A stretch of 64,000 nucleotides of DNA. It comes from Nitrosopumilus sp. (GTDB lineage: Archaea > Thermoproteota > Nitrososphaeria > Nitrososphaerales > Nitrosopumilaceae). Within the stretch, counting starts at the first letter, position 1. Each line of letters begins with the position of its first letter. Positions 21,351 through 30,512 of the stretch are shown here, in pieces. Where the stretch lies: positions 830,639 through 894,638 of the forward strand of contig OZ241981.1 in assembly GCA_965204345.1 (NCBI GenBank). Direction: 5' to 3'. The notes beneath the pieces are model-generated. The model did not search any database, was not told the DNA's origin, and saw nothing but the letters and a program-made list of their open reading frames with translations. The position numbers and the translations under genes were made by a program.

Positions 21351-22582
21351 TCTAATGCTATTTTGAGATTATCCACATTTGCTCTCATTTTATCAAAGTA
21401 TGTTATGTTAGGGTCATCTTGCTCTGAAAGTGATTCTAATGGACTAAACAACAGAATATCTCCACCTAATTCTGATGCCAATCTTTCAGCTAGTTTCTGA
21501 TTTTTATTCTCCTCTGTAAAGAAATACTTGATGTCATTTTCTTCTGCAAAATGAATTAGTTCTTCAATATCCTTTGCAGTTACAGGAGTTTCAGGACTAA
21601 ACTCCTGTATTACTGCAAGGGTATGAAGGTTGTATCTCTCTGCAAAATAAGAAAATGCATTGTGAAATGGTACAAATGTGTCCCTTTTGCAAACAGATAA
21701 TTCCGTTCTAATTTCTTGATCCAGCGTGTCTAATTGGTCAGAATAAGATTTAGCGTTGCTAAGATATGCTTCTGAATTTTCAGGATCAGAGGTAGACATG
21801 TGGTTTGCTATATTCATCACCTGTTTTTTTGCCAATAATGGATCAAGCCAAATGTGTGGATCATATACAGAATTAAGTTCCAATTCCTCATCGTGTTCTT
21901 CATGATCATCTTTGCTAGAAACTAGATGATGAATTTCTTCTATTCCTTCTGGACCTTCAATGTGTCCCTCTTTGATTTCATTTAACAATATTTCAATTTC
22001 TTCAATTGTATTTCCACCATGTCCGTGTCCATCGTCTTCATGTTCATGGAGAATTTCTTTGATTGATTCAATGGTTTGTATTTCGTTAATGTGATCATGT
22101 TCAAACTCTTCTATAATATTTGCAATTTCATCCTGAAATTCTTCAACATGTCCATCATCGTGTCTGCCATCATCGTGTCTGCCATGATCATGTTTTTCTC
22201 CTTCAAGCAAAGTTATTCCTTTAGATGAATCAACAAATATGATGTGTGCAAAATCAGGGGAAGATGTTATCTCATCAATGTATGGTTCAAAATCAGCACC
22301 GTTGTAAACTAGCATGTCTGCTTTTGTCAATGCTGCAATTGTTTGTGGACCTAGATCAAATAAATGGGGATCTCCAACAGATGAAATAAGCATCTTTACT
22401 TCAGCTGCATCCCCGGCAACATTTTGAGTGAATTGCTGTAATGGATAAAATGTTGTAAAAACTAGAAATTTCTCCTCAACTAAAACAACCTCATTTTGGG
22501 ATTGTGCTGAAACTAGAATAACAGAGATAATTACAGCAGCTGCAATTCCGCCTCCAATTGCTGCAATTTGTGAACTTTTCAT
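21341..22582 (-). CDS. znuA: Zinc ABC transporter substrate-binding protein (ZnuA/TroA family) with long His/Glu-rich insertion
   Basis: TTFYPL, GDPHLFDL, DPHIWLDP, PFHNAFSYFAERY; N-terminal membrane anchor. Confidence 0.9.
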   Translation of the reverse strand: MKSSQIAAIGGGIAAAVIISVILVSAQSQNEVVLVEEKFLVFTTFYPLQQFTQNVAGDAAEVKMLISSVGDPHLFDLGPQTIAALTKADMLVYNGADFEPYIDEITSSPDFAHIIFVDSSKGITLLEGEKHDHGRHDDGRHDDGHVEEFQDEIANIIEEFEHDHINEIQTIESIKEILHEHEDDGHGHGGNTIEEIEILLNEIKEGHIEGPEGIEEIHHLVSSKDDHEEHDEELELNSVYDPHIWLDPLLAKKQVMNIANHMSTSDPENSEAYLSNAKSYSDQLDTLDQEIRTELSVCKRDTFVPFHNAFSYFAERYNLHTLAVIQEFSPETPVTAKDIEELIHFAEENDIKYFFTEENKNQKLAERLASELGGDILLFSPLESLSEQDDPNITYFDKMRANVDNLKIALECS

Positions 22583-22748
22583 GCTTGAATCGCTTCAAAT
22601 ATTATTAATAAATTTATAAATTCTTAATAACTTATTATATACAAAAAGAAAAAAAATTATTAAAAATTATGAAGATATTTAATAACTAATCTTTTCATAT
22701 TAATAATCATGGAAATCCAATAAATACAGAGAATTTCAAGCATAACCC

Positions 22749-22844
22749 ATGTCAAAGATTGTAAAATGTCCAAGCTGTGATTGCCATATTGTTGTAAATG
22801 ACAATGGGCAAAAAGAATTCTGCATGAAAAATAGTTCAAACTAG
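22749..22844 (+). CDS. Putative Cys-rich micro-protein (31 aa)
   Basis: MSKIVKCPSCDCHIVVNDNGQKEFCMKNSSN; CxxCxC...C; divergent from znuA. Confidence 0.4.
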   Translation: MSKIVKCPSCDCHIVVNDNGQKEFCMKNSSN

Positions 22845-23381
22845 AAAAACTATTGGTAAAGGTACCATTCCATTAAAGCCTGAACCAGTTTTGGACAAAT
22901 GTTTGGTTCACAGACCAATAACCGTTTTGGCCTATAGAGTAACTATTCTAATCATATAGCATTTCAATAAAGATTCATTCAATAATTATTACATCAGTTA
23001 CTCTCAAATGAATGTCAAATCCTTTTTGACTCTTCCTTGGACGGGTTTTTGTTTATCAAAATTCATCCAACTAATAATTTAGGAATCAAAATTAAAATGA
23101 TTGGATGCTTATTCTTTTGATTTGAAACCAACCCCACCATCTTTTCCTAGGCTTGGTTTGGAAAATCCAGTGCATGCACTTACTGCTCCACCTATCAAAA
23201 ATGAAACAATTTCTTTAGGTGGTTGTCTTCCATCTCTAATCAAGCCTCTCTTTTGATAAAACCTTCTTGGATAATTTTTTTAGTTACTTTATTGAATTGC
23301 CACTCTTTTACTTGACTAATCTCTTTTAATGTTTGAGCATCATTGGTATTGTTGATTATTGCCTTTATTACGACATAGATG

Positions 23382-23455
23382 TACTAGTTATTTAGTATCA
23401 TAAAACCACAAATGCTTATATATTTATGTGGTTTGATGATACTAAATTATTAGTA
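23382..23455. repeat. 74-bp imperfect palindrome (hairpin)
   Basis: TACTAGTTATTTAGTATCATAAAACCACAAAT vs reverse complement of right arm TACTAATAATTTAGTATCATCAAACCACATAAAT, around a short AT-rich loop. Confidence 0.85.
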
Positions 23456-24577
23456 AAGCACAAGTTTCATGAGAGATGATTCTGAATTTTTGTAGACAGC
23501 ATATACAACTTGTTTCTCATTTAGAAGGTCATCTAGTTCTGCATTTTTTCTCATTCTTGTAAGGCCAGACCTCATCTGGCGTTTATTGATTGGATTTAGA
23601 AAATTGTTGATAAACAGTGTGTGATTCTGTAAATCATTTCTTTTCCAGTGATTTTTTTTTTGATATCCAAGATAATCAATTAGTGGAGATATTGCATATC
23701 TGTTGAGAAATCCTAAATGAGAGACGATAGTTTTACTCTTCCTAAATCAATCTGAATTGAGCATCTTGACAAATCCCATTCTTCATAGTTTGAGGTTTCA
23801 AGGGTATCAGCTAGTTGATACCACGCTTTAAAATTAAATAAAGCAGCAAGAGTCAAAGAATCCAGCCCTCGTTGAAACCTACAAAGAAAGACAGATTTTT
23901 CAGTTAGTTAATTGCCCAATTGTTATAATTTTTAAAAATTCATCTAATCATGATTCACTCAAAATTATCAGATTCCAAAGACATTTCTGCATTTGGATCA
24001 AATGTGTGGTCTAAAGGCCCATCATTTTTTTATACGCACTGATTGCAAAAAAAGAATTGTTTTGAAATTGGATCTATTTCTCTTTCATTTTAGGTTCCAA
24101 AAAGTAATTTTTTATCAATTTTGCAGTCTAACATCATAATGATTATCAGCATAAATTTTTAGAAAATGCTCAACATCTTCAATGAAAACAGTCATTTTTC
24201 TCTTTTTTGTAAGTAAGGTTTTCTAATTGAATCTCTTGGGAATATTGCAGAATTTTTTTTAAAAATCCAACTGTTAAAGCAATGAAGATGTCTCATCAGG
24301 TGTCTTTAGTTCCATTAGTGATGGATTTTGTTTTTTTTTTCTATTATTTGCTCCAAGCTGATTTCCAAAATATGCAATTAAATCTAATTCCAAAAAATCA
24401 TTGTATAAAATTGGAGTAAAACTAGTAGGAATTTCTTTTAACACTTATTTTCTTGCCGATTGAAATTACTTTGAAAATTACAGAGAGATTTGCCTCCGGC
24501 ATACTTTCTCTTGTGATAAATTCATCTCTATGTTCTTTAACAAGATGATTTGAGGTGATTGTATTCCCTGCTTTCAT
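23450..24577 (-). pseudogene. Tyrosine recombinase/integrase remnant (thaumarchaeal type), multiple frameshifts and stops, lacks C-terminal HxxR/Tyr region
   Basis: Stitched frames: YNDFLELDLIAYFGNQL..KTPDE..YKKNDGPL..LDEFLKII..EKSVFLCRFQRGLDSLTL..FNFKAWYQL..WDLSRCSIQIDLGR/SKTIVSHLGFLNRYAISPLIDYLGY..LFINNFLNPI..LTRMRKNA. Matches my recollection of Nitrosopumilus integrases. Confidence 0.65.
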
Positions 24578-24705
24578 AACTCCCAAGCATTAGCAACGTA
24601 CGTCAAAACCATAATTTCTATCAAAGCCAAACTATGAGAATTTTATGAGCCCGCACGACGGTCTGTGAATCATCCTAGGTTATTTAGTGTAATTGTAGAA
24701 AAAAC

Positions 24706-24867
24706 CTATAATTCAAATTCCTGACGACATTTCTCGCATTTTGCTCTCTCTTCTCCAGGAGACCCAAGAAGGAAAATTTTGCCAATTGTCTTACAAAGAG
24801 GACACATGCCAGTTGTAGCGTTTTTTGGACCAGTACGAATAATTTTTTGGGTTTTTCTTCGTCCCAT
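24706..24867 (-). CDS. Small Zn-ribbon protein, Elf1-like transcription elongation factor (53 aa)
   Basis: Hand-translated MGRRKTQKIIRTGPKNATTGMCPLCKTIGKIFLLGSPGEERAKCEKCRQEFEL: basic MGRRK N-terminus plus CxxC...CxxC..EF. Confidence 0.65.
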   Translation of the reverse strand: MGRRKTQKIIRTGPKNATTGMCPLCKTIGKIFLLGSPGEERAKCEKCRQEFEL

Positions 24868-24902
24868 GTAAAAACTTCCCAAATCGGTCTATTAAGTTTT
24901 AA

Positions 24903-24989
24903 TGGCGCGGGGAGGGGGATTTGAACCCCCGTGTCCTTGCGGACATAGGATTAGCAATCCTACGCCCTACCAGGCTAGGCGATCCCCGC
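24903..24989 (-). tRNA. tRNA-Ser(GCT), CCA encoded
   Basis: GCGGGGA acceptor, TAGGA-TT-GCT-AA-TCCTA anticodon arm, long variable arm GTCC-GCAA-GGAC, TTCAAAT T-loop, G-CCA end. Confidence 0.96.
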
Positions 24990-25021
24990 ATATCAGGCAT
25001 AGAAGTTGTCTGTAAATAAAT

Positions 25022-25768
25022 TCATTCGTCGTCAAACTGGCTATAATCACTGACAATTTCATTGATAGGCAGTCGTTTTCCGCCTACAATTTTGAGATCT
25101 ACCTGAACTTTTTTGTTGGAAATGGTAAGAATATTGTAAGTATTTTCAAAAAATCCACGAACACGTTCAGACGTGGCAGTACCGGCATTAACAACATTAA
25201 GAGTTCCAAAATTCCACGCCCATGGTCTGTGTTTATGTCCGCACAATACAACGTCAACTTTAGAATCCAAGACAGTGCGAAGTACGTCTCCTGCATCAAC
25301 AACGGTGAGCTGGTCAGAGCCGGTGTCAGGAATAGCAATCAGATGATGATGCATTGCAACAATCTTAACCTTGTCTTTATATTTTTTCATTGTTCGCTCT
25401 AGCCATAAATTTTGTCTGTAACCTACCTCGCCCTCGTTTCTATCAGGTCTAGCAGTTCCAACAGTAACCAAAACAACGTCATCATTTAGCTCATTTACAG
25501 TTTCAAACGGAAAAAATTTTTTGAATAATAGATAGCCTGTGTTTCTATAATCATGGTTTCCGCTAATAGTAATAATTTTTTTTGTGCTGAATTTTGTTAA
25601 AAGTGATTTGCATTTTTCATATTCGGGCATCAGTCCTTCGTTTGTTAAATCGCCTGTAACAACAATTACATCAGGATTAAGCTGATTTACTTCATCAACT
25701 AAAATATCAAATTTTTCCTCTAAAAACTGAGAGCCAACGTGCAGATCAGAGATTTGAACTATTTGCAT
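25022..25768 (-). CDS. Calcineurin-like metallophosphoesterase
   Basis: SDLH, TGDL, GNHD, MHHH, GHKH. Confidence 0.92.
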   Translation of the reverse strand: MQIVQISDLHVGSQFLEEKFDILVDEVNQLNPDVIVVTGDLTNEGLMPEYEKCKSLLTKFSTKKIITISGNHDYRNTGYLLFKKFFPFETVNELNDDVVLVTVGTARPDRNEGEVGYRQNLWLERTMKKYKDKVKIVAMHHHLIAIPDTGSDQLTVVDAGDVLRTVLDSKVDVVLCGHKHRPWAWNFGTLNVVNAGTATSERVRGFFENTYNILTISNKKVQVDLKIVGGKRLPINEIVSDYSQFDDE

Positions 25769-25884
25769 CTTGGATGTAACTTATCAAGTTGAGTATTAAA
25801 TCATCACTATACAAAGTATGTAGATGGTAATAGTTTCAAATTCAAGGTAGAATTAAATAATAACTATCTCAAAATTCTGCAGTT

Positions 25885-26916
25885 TTGAGTAAAAAAACAG
25901 CCGTAATGAGAGGAGATGGCATCGGGCCTGAAGTTGTAGATTCAATGCTAAAGGTACTAAAAGAATGTAACTTTCAATCAGAGATAATTCTTTGTGAGGC
26001 AGGCTCTGAACAGTGGGACAAAAATGGCAGAAAAGATGCATCATACATTCCTGATGCAACCATGAAGACTTTGGAGGATGCAGATTGTTGTTTTAAGGGT
26101 CCAACTACTACAATTCCAGTTCCAGGTGCCCCAAGAAGCGTTGCAGTTACACTAAGGCAAAAATTTGATCTTTATGCAAATATCAGACCGACTAAGACTT
26201 ATGACAGACTGACACCGGACAGAAAACTTGACTGCGTATGTTTTAGAGAAGCAACCGAAGGACTCTACACGGGCGTAGAGGCAAAAATTACAGATGATGC
26301 TGCAATTGCAATTAGAAAGATCACCAGACATGGGAGTAGAAGACTGGTTGATTCAGCAGTAGACTGGGCAAACAAATTCAACATGAAGAAGATGGTCACA
26401 GTTACAAAAAGGAACATACTAAAACAAACTGACGGGATATTTTGGGATGAGACGCAAAAGGCAGTAGAGGGAACCGGAATTGAGTTATCTGAAATTTACA
26501 TAGACAACATGGCACAGCAAATGGTAATTGCAACTGAACAGTTTAATGGGTCTGTACTAGTTAGCACCAATTTATTTATGGATATTATTTCAGAACTGGC
26601 ATCAGCCCTTGTGGGTTCAATTGGATTAATTTATTCGGCCAACATTGGAGACAGGTATGCAATGTTTGAAGCAGCACACGGAAGTGCCCCACAATTTACA
26701 GGACAAAACAAGGTAAATCCGACTGCAACGGTATTATCAGGAGCTTGGATGGCAGATTATATGGGTGAAAGGCAGGTAAGAGACGCCATTTTTGCTGCAA
26801 CTGAAAGAGTAGTCAACGAGGGCAAGGCAGTTACGTGGGATATTGGCGGCAGTGCATCAACTACACAAATGACAGATGCGATCATTGCATATGCCAAAGA
26901 AAACTTGCGAAGATAA
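25885..26916 (+). CDS. Isocitrate/isopropylmalate dehydrogenase family protein
   Basis: GDGIGPEV, LRQKFDLYANIRP, FREATEGLY, NLFMDIISE, FEAAHGSAP, NPTA; TTG start. Confidence 0.92.
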   Translation: MSKKTAVMRGDGIGPEVVDSMLKVLKECNFQSEIILCEAGSEQWDKNGRKDASYIPDATMKTLEDADCCFKGPTTTIPVPGAPRSVAVTLRQKFDLYANIRPTKTYDRLTPDRKLDCVCFREATEGLYTGVEAKITDDAAIAIRKITRHGSRRLVDSAVDWANKFNMKKMVTVTKRNILKQTDGIFWDETQKAVEGTGIELSEIYIDNMAQQMVIATEQFNGSVLVSTNLFMDIISELASALVGSIGLIYSANIGDRYAMFEAAHGSAPQFTGQNKVNPTATVLSGAWMADYMGERQVRDAIFAATERVVNEGKAVTWDIGGSASTTQMTDAIIAYAKENLRR

Positions 26917-27450
26917 TCAGAGTTTAGCTTCTACTAAGATTAGCTCTTCATAGAAAAGCTTCTTTCTTGCCATTATGCGGGTTTTCAGGCCTGATTTTTC
27001 TGCATAACCAATTAATTTTTGATGGTTGGACAGTGAGGAGGTCACAAAGATGAATTTTCCACCAACAGACAGATTGTTAACTGCAGAATCAAGTATTTTT
27101 TTAGGAACTTCAAATCCTTCGGTACCCCCATCAGTTGCAATATCCAAGATTTCATCAGTTGCAAGATAAGGCAGGTTACAAACAATAAAATCAAATCTTA
27201 TGTTTAGCGCATCTGAGCCATTACAGCAAACCAAATTACTTGTTTTGTAAGTTTGATTCTTCAATACATCAAAGTTAATATCGGTTCCAATCACAAGTGA
27301 AAAATTATCAGACAGCAGCTTGGTCAGATATCCTGAACCGCTACCCACATCCAAAGCGCGATTACCCTTTTCATTTTTAATATTATCTACAATAAAAAAA
27401 GTATCCTCGGATGGAGGATATTCATCATTTTTCAAGGATTTGCGTTGCAA
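26917..27450 (-). CDS. HemK2/PrmC-like release-factor glutamine methyltransferase
   Basis: YPPSEDT, LDVGSGSG, CNLPY (NPPY-like), DGGTEG. Confidence 0.85.
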   Translation of the reverse strand: MQRKSLKNDEYPPSEDTFFIVDNIKNEKGNRALDVGSGSGYLTKLLSDNFSLVIGTDINFDVLKNQTYKTSNLVCCNGSDALNIRFDFIVCNLPYLATDEILDIATDGGTEGFEVPKKILDSAVNNLSVGGKFIFVTSSLSNHQKLIGYAEKSGLKTRIMARKKLFYEELILVEAKL

Positions 27451-28132
27451 GACTAATTATTTCATCTCCGGAAAGATCATCCACTCGTTTGTTTACTGTA
27501 CTTTTTTTACCAAATTGTTTAAAGATATTTTTGACAGTTTTTCGCCTATATGAAAAAATTTTATTAATTGTTTTGATTAGATCCCTGCCCATATGGTTTC
27601 TTTTGGTTATTTTCAGAACAACAGAATCAACTCTTGGCTGAGGGGAAAAATTATTTTTTCCAACTTTGAATGCAGTCTTGATTTCAAATGCATGTGTTGC
27701 AATAATGCTTACTGCCCTTCTCTGTTTTGAGGACTTTGCCAACAGCTTGTCAGCAAACTCTTTTTGAACCATGATTACACCATGGGAAAAGGAGGTCTGT
27801 GCAAGCCATTCAATGGCATCCTTACTCCTAGAATAGGGAAGATTTGATACAAAGATATCAAAAGAAATCTTTTTCTTTAATCCATCACCAGATTTTAGGA
27901 CAAGATTCTCAAGATTAGAAAATTTTGATTTGGCATCATTAATGAGTGATTTATCAAGATCCACAGAAATTACAGTGCCGGCCTTCTGGCACAAAAGGGA
28001 TGTCAGAATTCCCAAGCCGGTTCCAATCTCAAATACAGTGTCACTTTTTGTAATTTTAGCCTCAAATACTATTAATTTTGCTATGTCATTGGAATTCAGA
28101 AAGTGTTGTCCAAGCTGTTTCCGTTTTATCAT
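27425..28132 (-). CDS. rsmA: 16S rRNA dimethyladenosine transferase
   Basis: LGQHFL, EIGTGLGILT, SNLPY, MVQKEFA, FSPQPRVDS. Confidence 0.93.
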   Translation of the reverse strand: MIKRKQLGQHFLNSNDIAKLIVFEAKITKSDTVFEIGTGLGILTSLLCQKAGTVISVDLDKSLINDAKSKFSNLENLVLKSGDGLKKKISFDIFVSNLPYSRSKDAIEWLAQTSFSHGVIMVQKEFADKLLAKSSKQRRAVSIIATHAFEIKTAFKVGKNNFSPQPRVDSVVLKITKRNHMGRDLIKTINKIFSYRRKTVKNIFKQFGKKSTVNKRVDDLSGDEIISLATQILEK

Positions 28133-28695
28133 CTCTTAACAAAGAGATTCATTCTGCTTTCTCCGGTAATCTCATCTAAAATTCGTTCGGAGATATGCTT
28201 TATAGGTTCCTTGAATCCTACACGCTCTTGCAAATCCTGATAACTTTGAAACTTTTTCTTTTCTCGTTCTTCAAGCATAGTTTTCATGTATGTTTTTCCA
28301 ATGCCTGGAATTAATTCCAAAGCATGAACTCTAGGTGTTAATGGCTGCGCATTATTTAGATACGTGACAAATTTTTCTTCATTTACACTCACTATGCTTT
28401 CAACAACTGCCTCTAACTCACTTTGAGCAGAAGACGAGATTTTACTATATTCCATCTTTCCTAAAACAGATAGTACCTTAGTCCGTCCTTCTTTTCCAAT
28501 GTATATTTTTTCACCAATCTCAAATGTGGAATTTGGAATTCCCAAGATTTCCAACAGGGTTAGTCTGTCCTCCCCAATTGCAGTAACGATTATTCCATCT
28601 CTTCCTCTCACAGTAGAGGACTTTCCTCGTGAATTAAAATCCAAAACATATGCATACTCTTCGTACTTTCTAGCTGAGGGTTGTGCCCGAGACAA
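28129..28695 (-). CDS. DUF655 family RNA-binding protein
   Basis: EEYAYVLDF, HALELIPGIGK; conserved position after rpo4. Confidence 0.9.
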   Translation of the reverse strand: MSRAQPSARKYEEYAYVLDFNSRGKSSTVRGRDGIIVTAIGEDRLTLLEILGIPNSTFEIGEKIYIGKEGRTKVLSVLGKMEYSKISSSAQSELEAVVESIVSVNEEKFVTYLNNAQPLTPRVHALELIPGIGKTYMKTMLEEREKKKFQSYQDLQERVGFKEPIKHISERILDEITGESRMNLFVKR

Positions 28696-28715
28696 AATAG
28701 AACACTCCGAAAAAC

Positions 28716-29051
28716 TTATGAGTGCTCCTTGATAATTTTGAGCATTTTTTCTAGGGTTTCAGCAAGAATCAATTTTTTCCAACCAAATGTAAAGGAGCGT
28801 AATTCCGCCAAACTTGTAGGTCTAATGTTAACTATTTCAACGGATTCATCCTCTGTTAATTCACATTCTTTGATCAGTTTTTTCTTCATGTCTTTTGCGT
28901 CCTTTGATTCAGTTGACACAAATTTTGAAACATAATCATATGTCCAGCGCTGAATTTGATCCATCTCTTCGACATCAACTTTGCCTAAAATTTCTTTAAC
29001 TTCTGAAAGAGAAATAGCTTGTTTCTTTTTTACTTCTTCCATATCATACAC
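28716..29051 (-). CDS. rpo4: RNA polymerase subunit Rpo4 (F); likely start MEEVKKK at 29042
   Basis: ISLSEVKEIL, IVNIRPTSLAELRS; rpl21e-rpo4-DUF655-rsmA synteny. Confidence 0.9.
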   Translation of the reverse strand: MYDMEEVKKKQAISLSEVKEILGKVDVEEMDQIQRWTYDYVSKFVSTESKDAKDMKKKLIKECELTEDESVEIVNIRPTSLAELRSFTFGWKKLILAETLEKMLKIIKEHS

Positions 29052-29343
29052 CGAATGGTTTTATGTGATCCAATCTAGTGATTAAGGTTTTCGATTTCTC
29101 GCCTAATTTTACATCAAGCGTGATTGCACGCCTACCAACATTGGTAATAACGCCTACTTTGCCATGATATCGCCTGTGTGGCAACCCCTTGTGCTGTCTT
29201 GGATCAATTATGACAAGTGCCTGCTGACCTGCATGGTATTCACGTAACAAAAATGAGACTCCTCTTGGGGCCTTTTTCCTCATTACAGATCTTGATTTAT
29301 GCTTAAATCCATGTGAACGGCCATGCGATTTCTTAGTTGCCAT
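29044..29343 (-). CDS. rpl21e: 50S ribosomal protein L21e
   Basis: KGLPHRRYHGKVG, RLDHIKP. Confidence 0.95.
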   Translation of the reverse strand: MATKKSHGRSHGFKHKSRSVMRKKAPRGVSFLLREYHAGQQALVIIDPRQHKGLPHRRYHGKVGVITNVGRRAITLDVKLGEKSKTLITRLDHIKPFGV

Positions 29344-29396
29344 GAGTGTAAAACCTTCGAAAGCCCTATTTTAAGACTTAGAAGAAGATAAAGAAA

Positions 29397-30452
29397 TCAG
29401 CCTTTTAGATCAGTTCGTAACTGACCACAAGCAGCAGAAATTTCTGTGCCCTTCTCAACTCTAACTGTACAGTTTACCCCAGCTTTGGATAAAATCTGTT
29501 CAAATTCATGTATGGTATCCTCAGAAGGGCGCTGAAAATCACCTGCAGTAGGATTAATCGGAATCAGGTTCACATGTGAGCCGTTTCCCTTTAGGAGTCT
29601 TGCTAACTCTGTTGCAATTTCAGGAGAATCATTGACTCCTGCCATAAGGGCATATTCAAAAGTAACACGACGCCCAGTAATTTTAAAATATTTTCTACCC
29701 ATTTTGATTATCTCCTCTACGGAATTAGAGGTGGCAGTAGGAACCAATTTTTTTCTTAATTCATTGTTTGGTGCGTGTAAGGAAATTGCCAGACCAATTT
29801 GCAGGTTTTCTTCAGCAAGTTTTTCAATTCCGGACTTGATTCCAATGGTAGAAATTGTGATGTGCCTTTGGCCTAACCCAAATCCCCTATCATGTGTTAA
29901 AATTTTTACAGCCCTAATCATTTCGTCATAATTTGCCATGGGTTCTCCCATACCCATGAAAACTAAGTTTGTAACGTGTTCTCCTCTTTCTTGCAATAGT
30001 TCTGCAAAGTGTATCACTTGGGATACAATATGTTCTGCCTTTAGATTTGTTTCAAAACCCATTTGTCCAGTTGCGCAAAAGACACATCCCATTGCGCAGC
30101 CAATCTGAGTGGAAACACAGATTGTAGAACGTGGATGACCGCCAATTTTGGATGGGTCATATTGCATCAATACAGCTTCTACAGATTTGTTGTTATCAAG
30201 ATTGAGTAATAATTTTGTAGTGTCGCCATCACGACTTACAATACGATGGGTTTCTTGTGCAGAACCAATCGTGTATCCTGATTCAATCAATTCTTCTCTT
30301 AATTTTTTAGGCAGCTGCGGTATATCATGAAGATCTTTGGGAAATTTGTAATATAATGGAAGTAAAATTTGATCTGCCCTATATCTGGGGTATCCCATAT
30401 CGAGTACAAGCTGTTCCATTTCTTCAGGAAGTAACCTGTAAAGATCAGTCAT
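29397..30452 (-). CDS. rlmN: Radical-SAM rRNA methyltransferase RlmN (bacterial type)
   Basis: CVSTQIGCAMGCVFCATG, FMGMGEP, SLHAP, FEYAL, VNLIP, ISAACGQL. Confidence 0.93.
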   Translation of the reverse strand: MTDLYRLLPEEMEQLVLDMGYPRYRADQILLPLYYKFPKDLHDIPQLPKKLREELIESGYTIGSAQETHRIVSRDGDTTKLLLNLDNNKSVEAVLMQYDPSKIGGHPRSTICVSTQIGCAMGCVFCATGQMGFETNLKAEHIVSQVIHFAELLQERGEHVTNLVFMGMGEPMANYDEMIRAVKILTHDRGFGLGQRHITISTIGIKSGIEKLAEENLQIGLAISLHAPNNELRKKLVPTATSNSVEEIIKMGRKYFKITGRRVTFEYALMAGVNDSPEIATELARLLKGNGSHVNLIPINPTAGDFQRPSEDTIHEFEQILSKAGVNCTVRVEKGTEISAACGQLRTDLKG

Positions 30453-30512
30453 TGGATTTTTCTTATGTTTTGAATTATATTTAATTTAATCAAGAGATGG
30501 TGCAAAATGAGG

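Larger units (their letters stand above)
19800..24650. mobile_element. Decayed integrative element / genomic-island remnant (boundaries approximate)
   Basis: ~4.8 kb with only one long intact ORF (ZnuA), many broken reading frames and an integrase pseudogene; ~250 bp from the 3' end of tRNA-Ser; no att repeat found. Confidence 0.6.
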
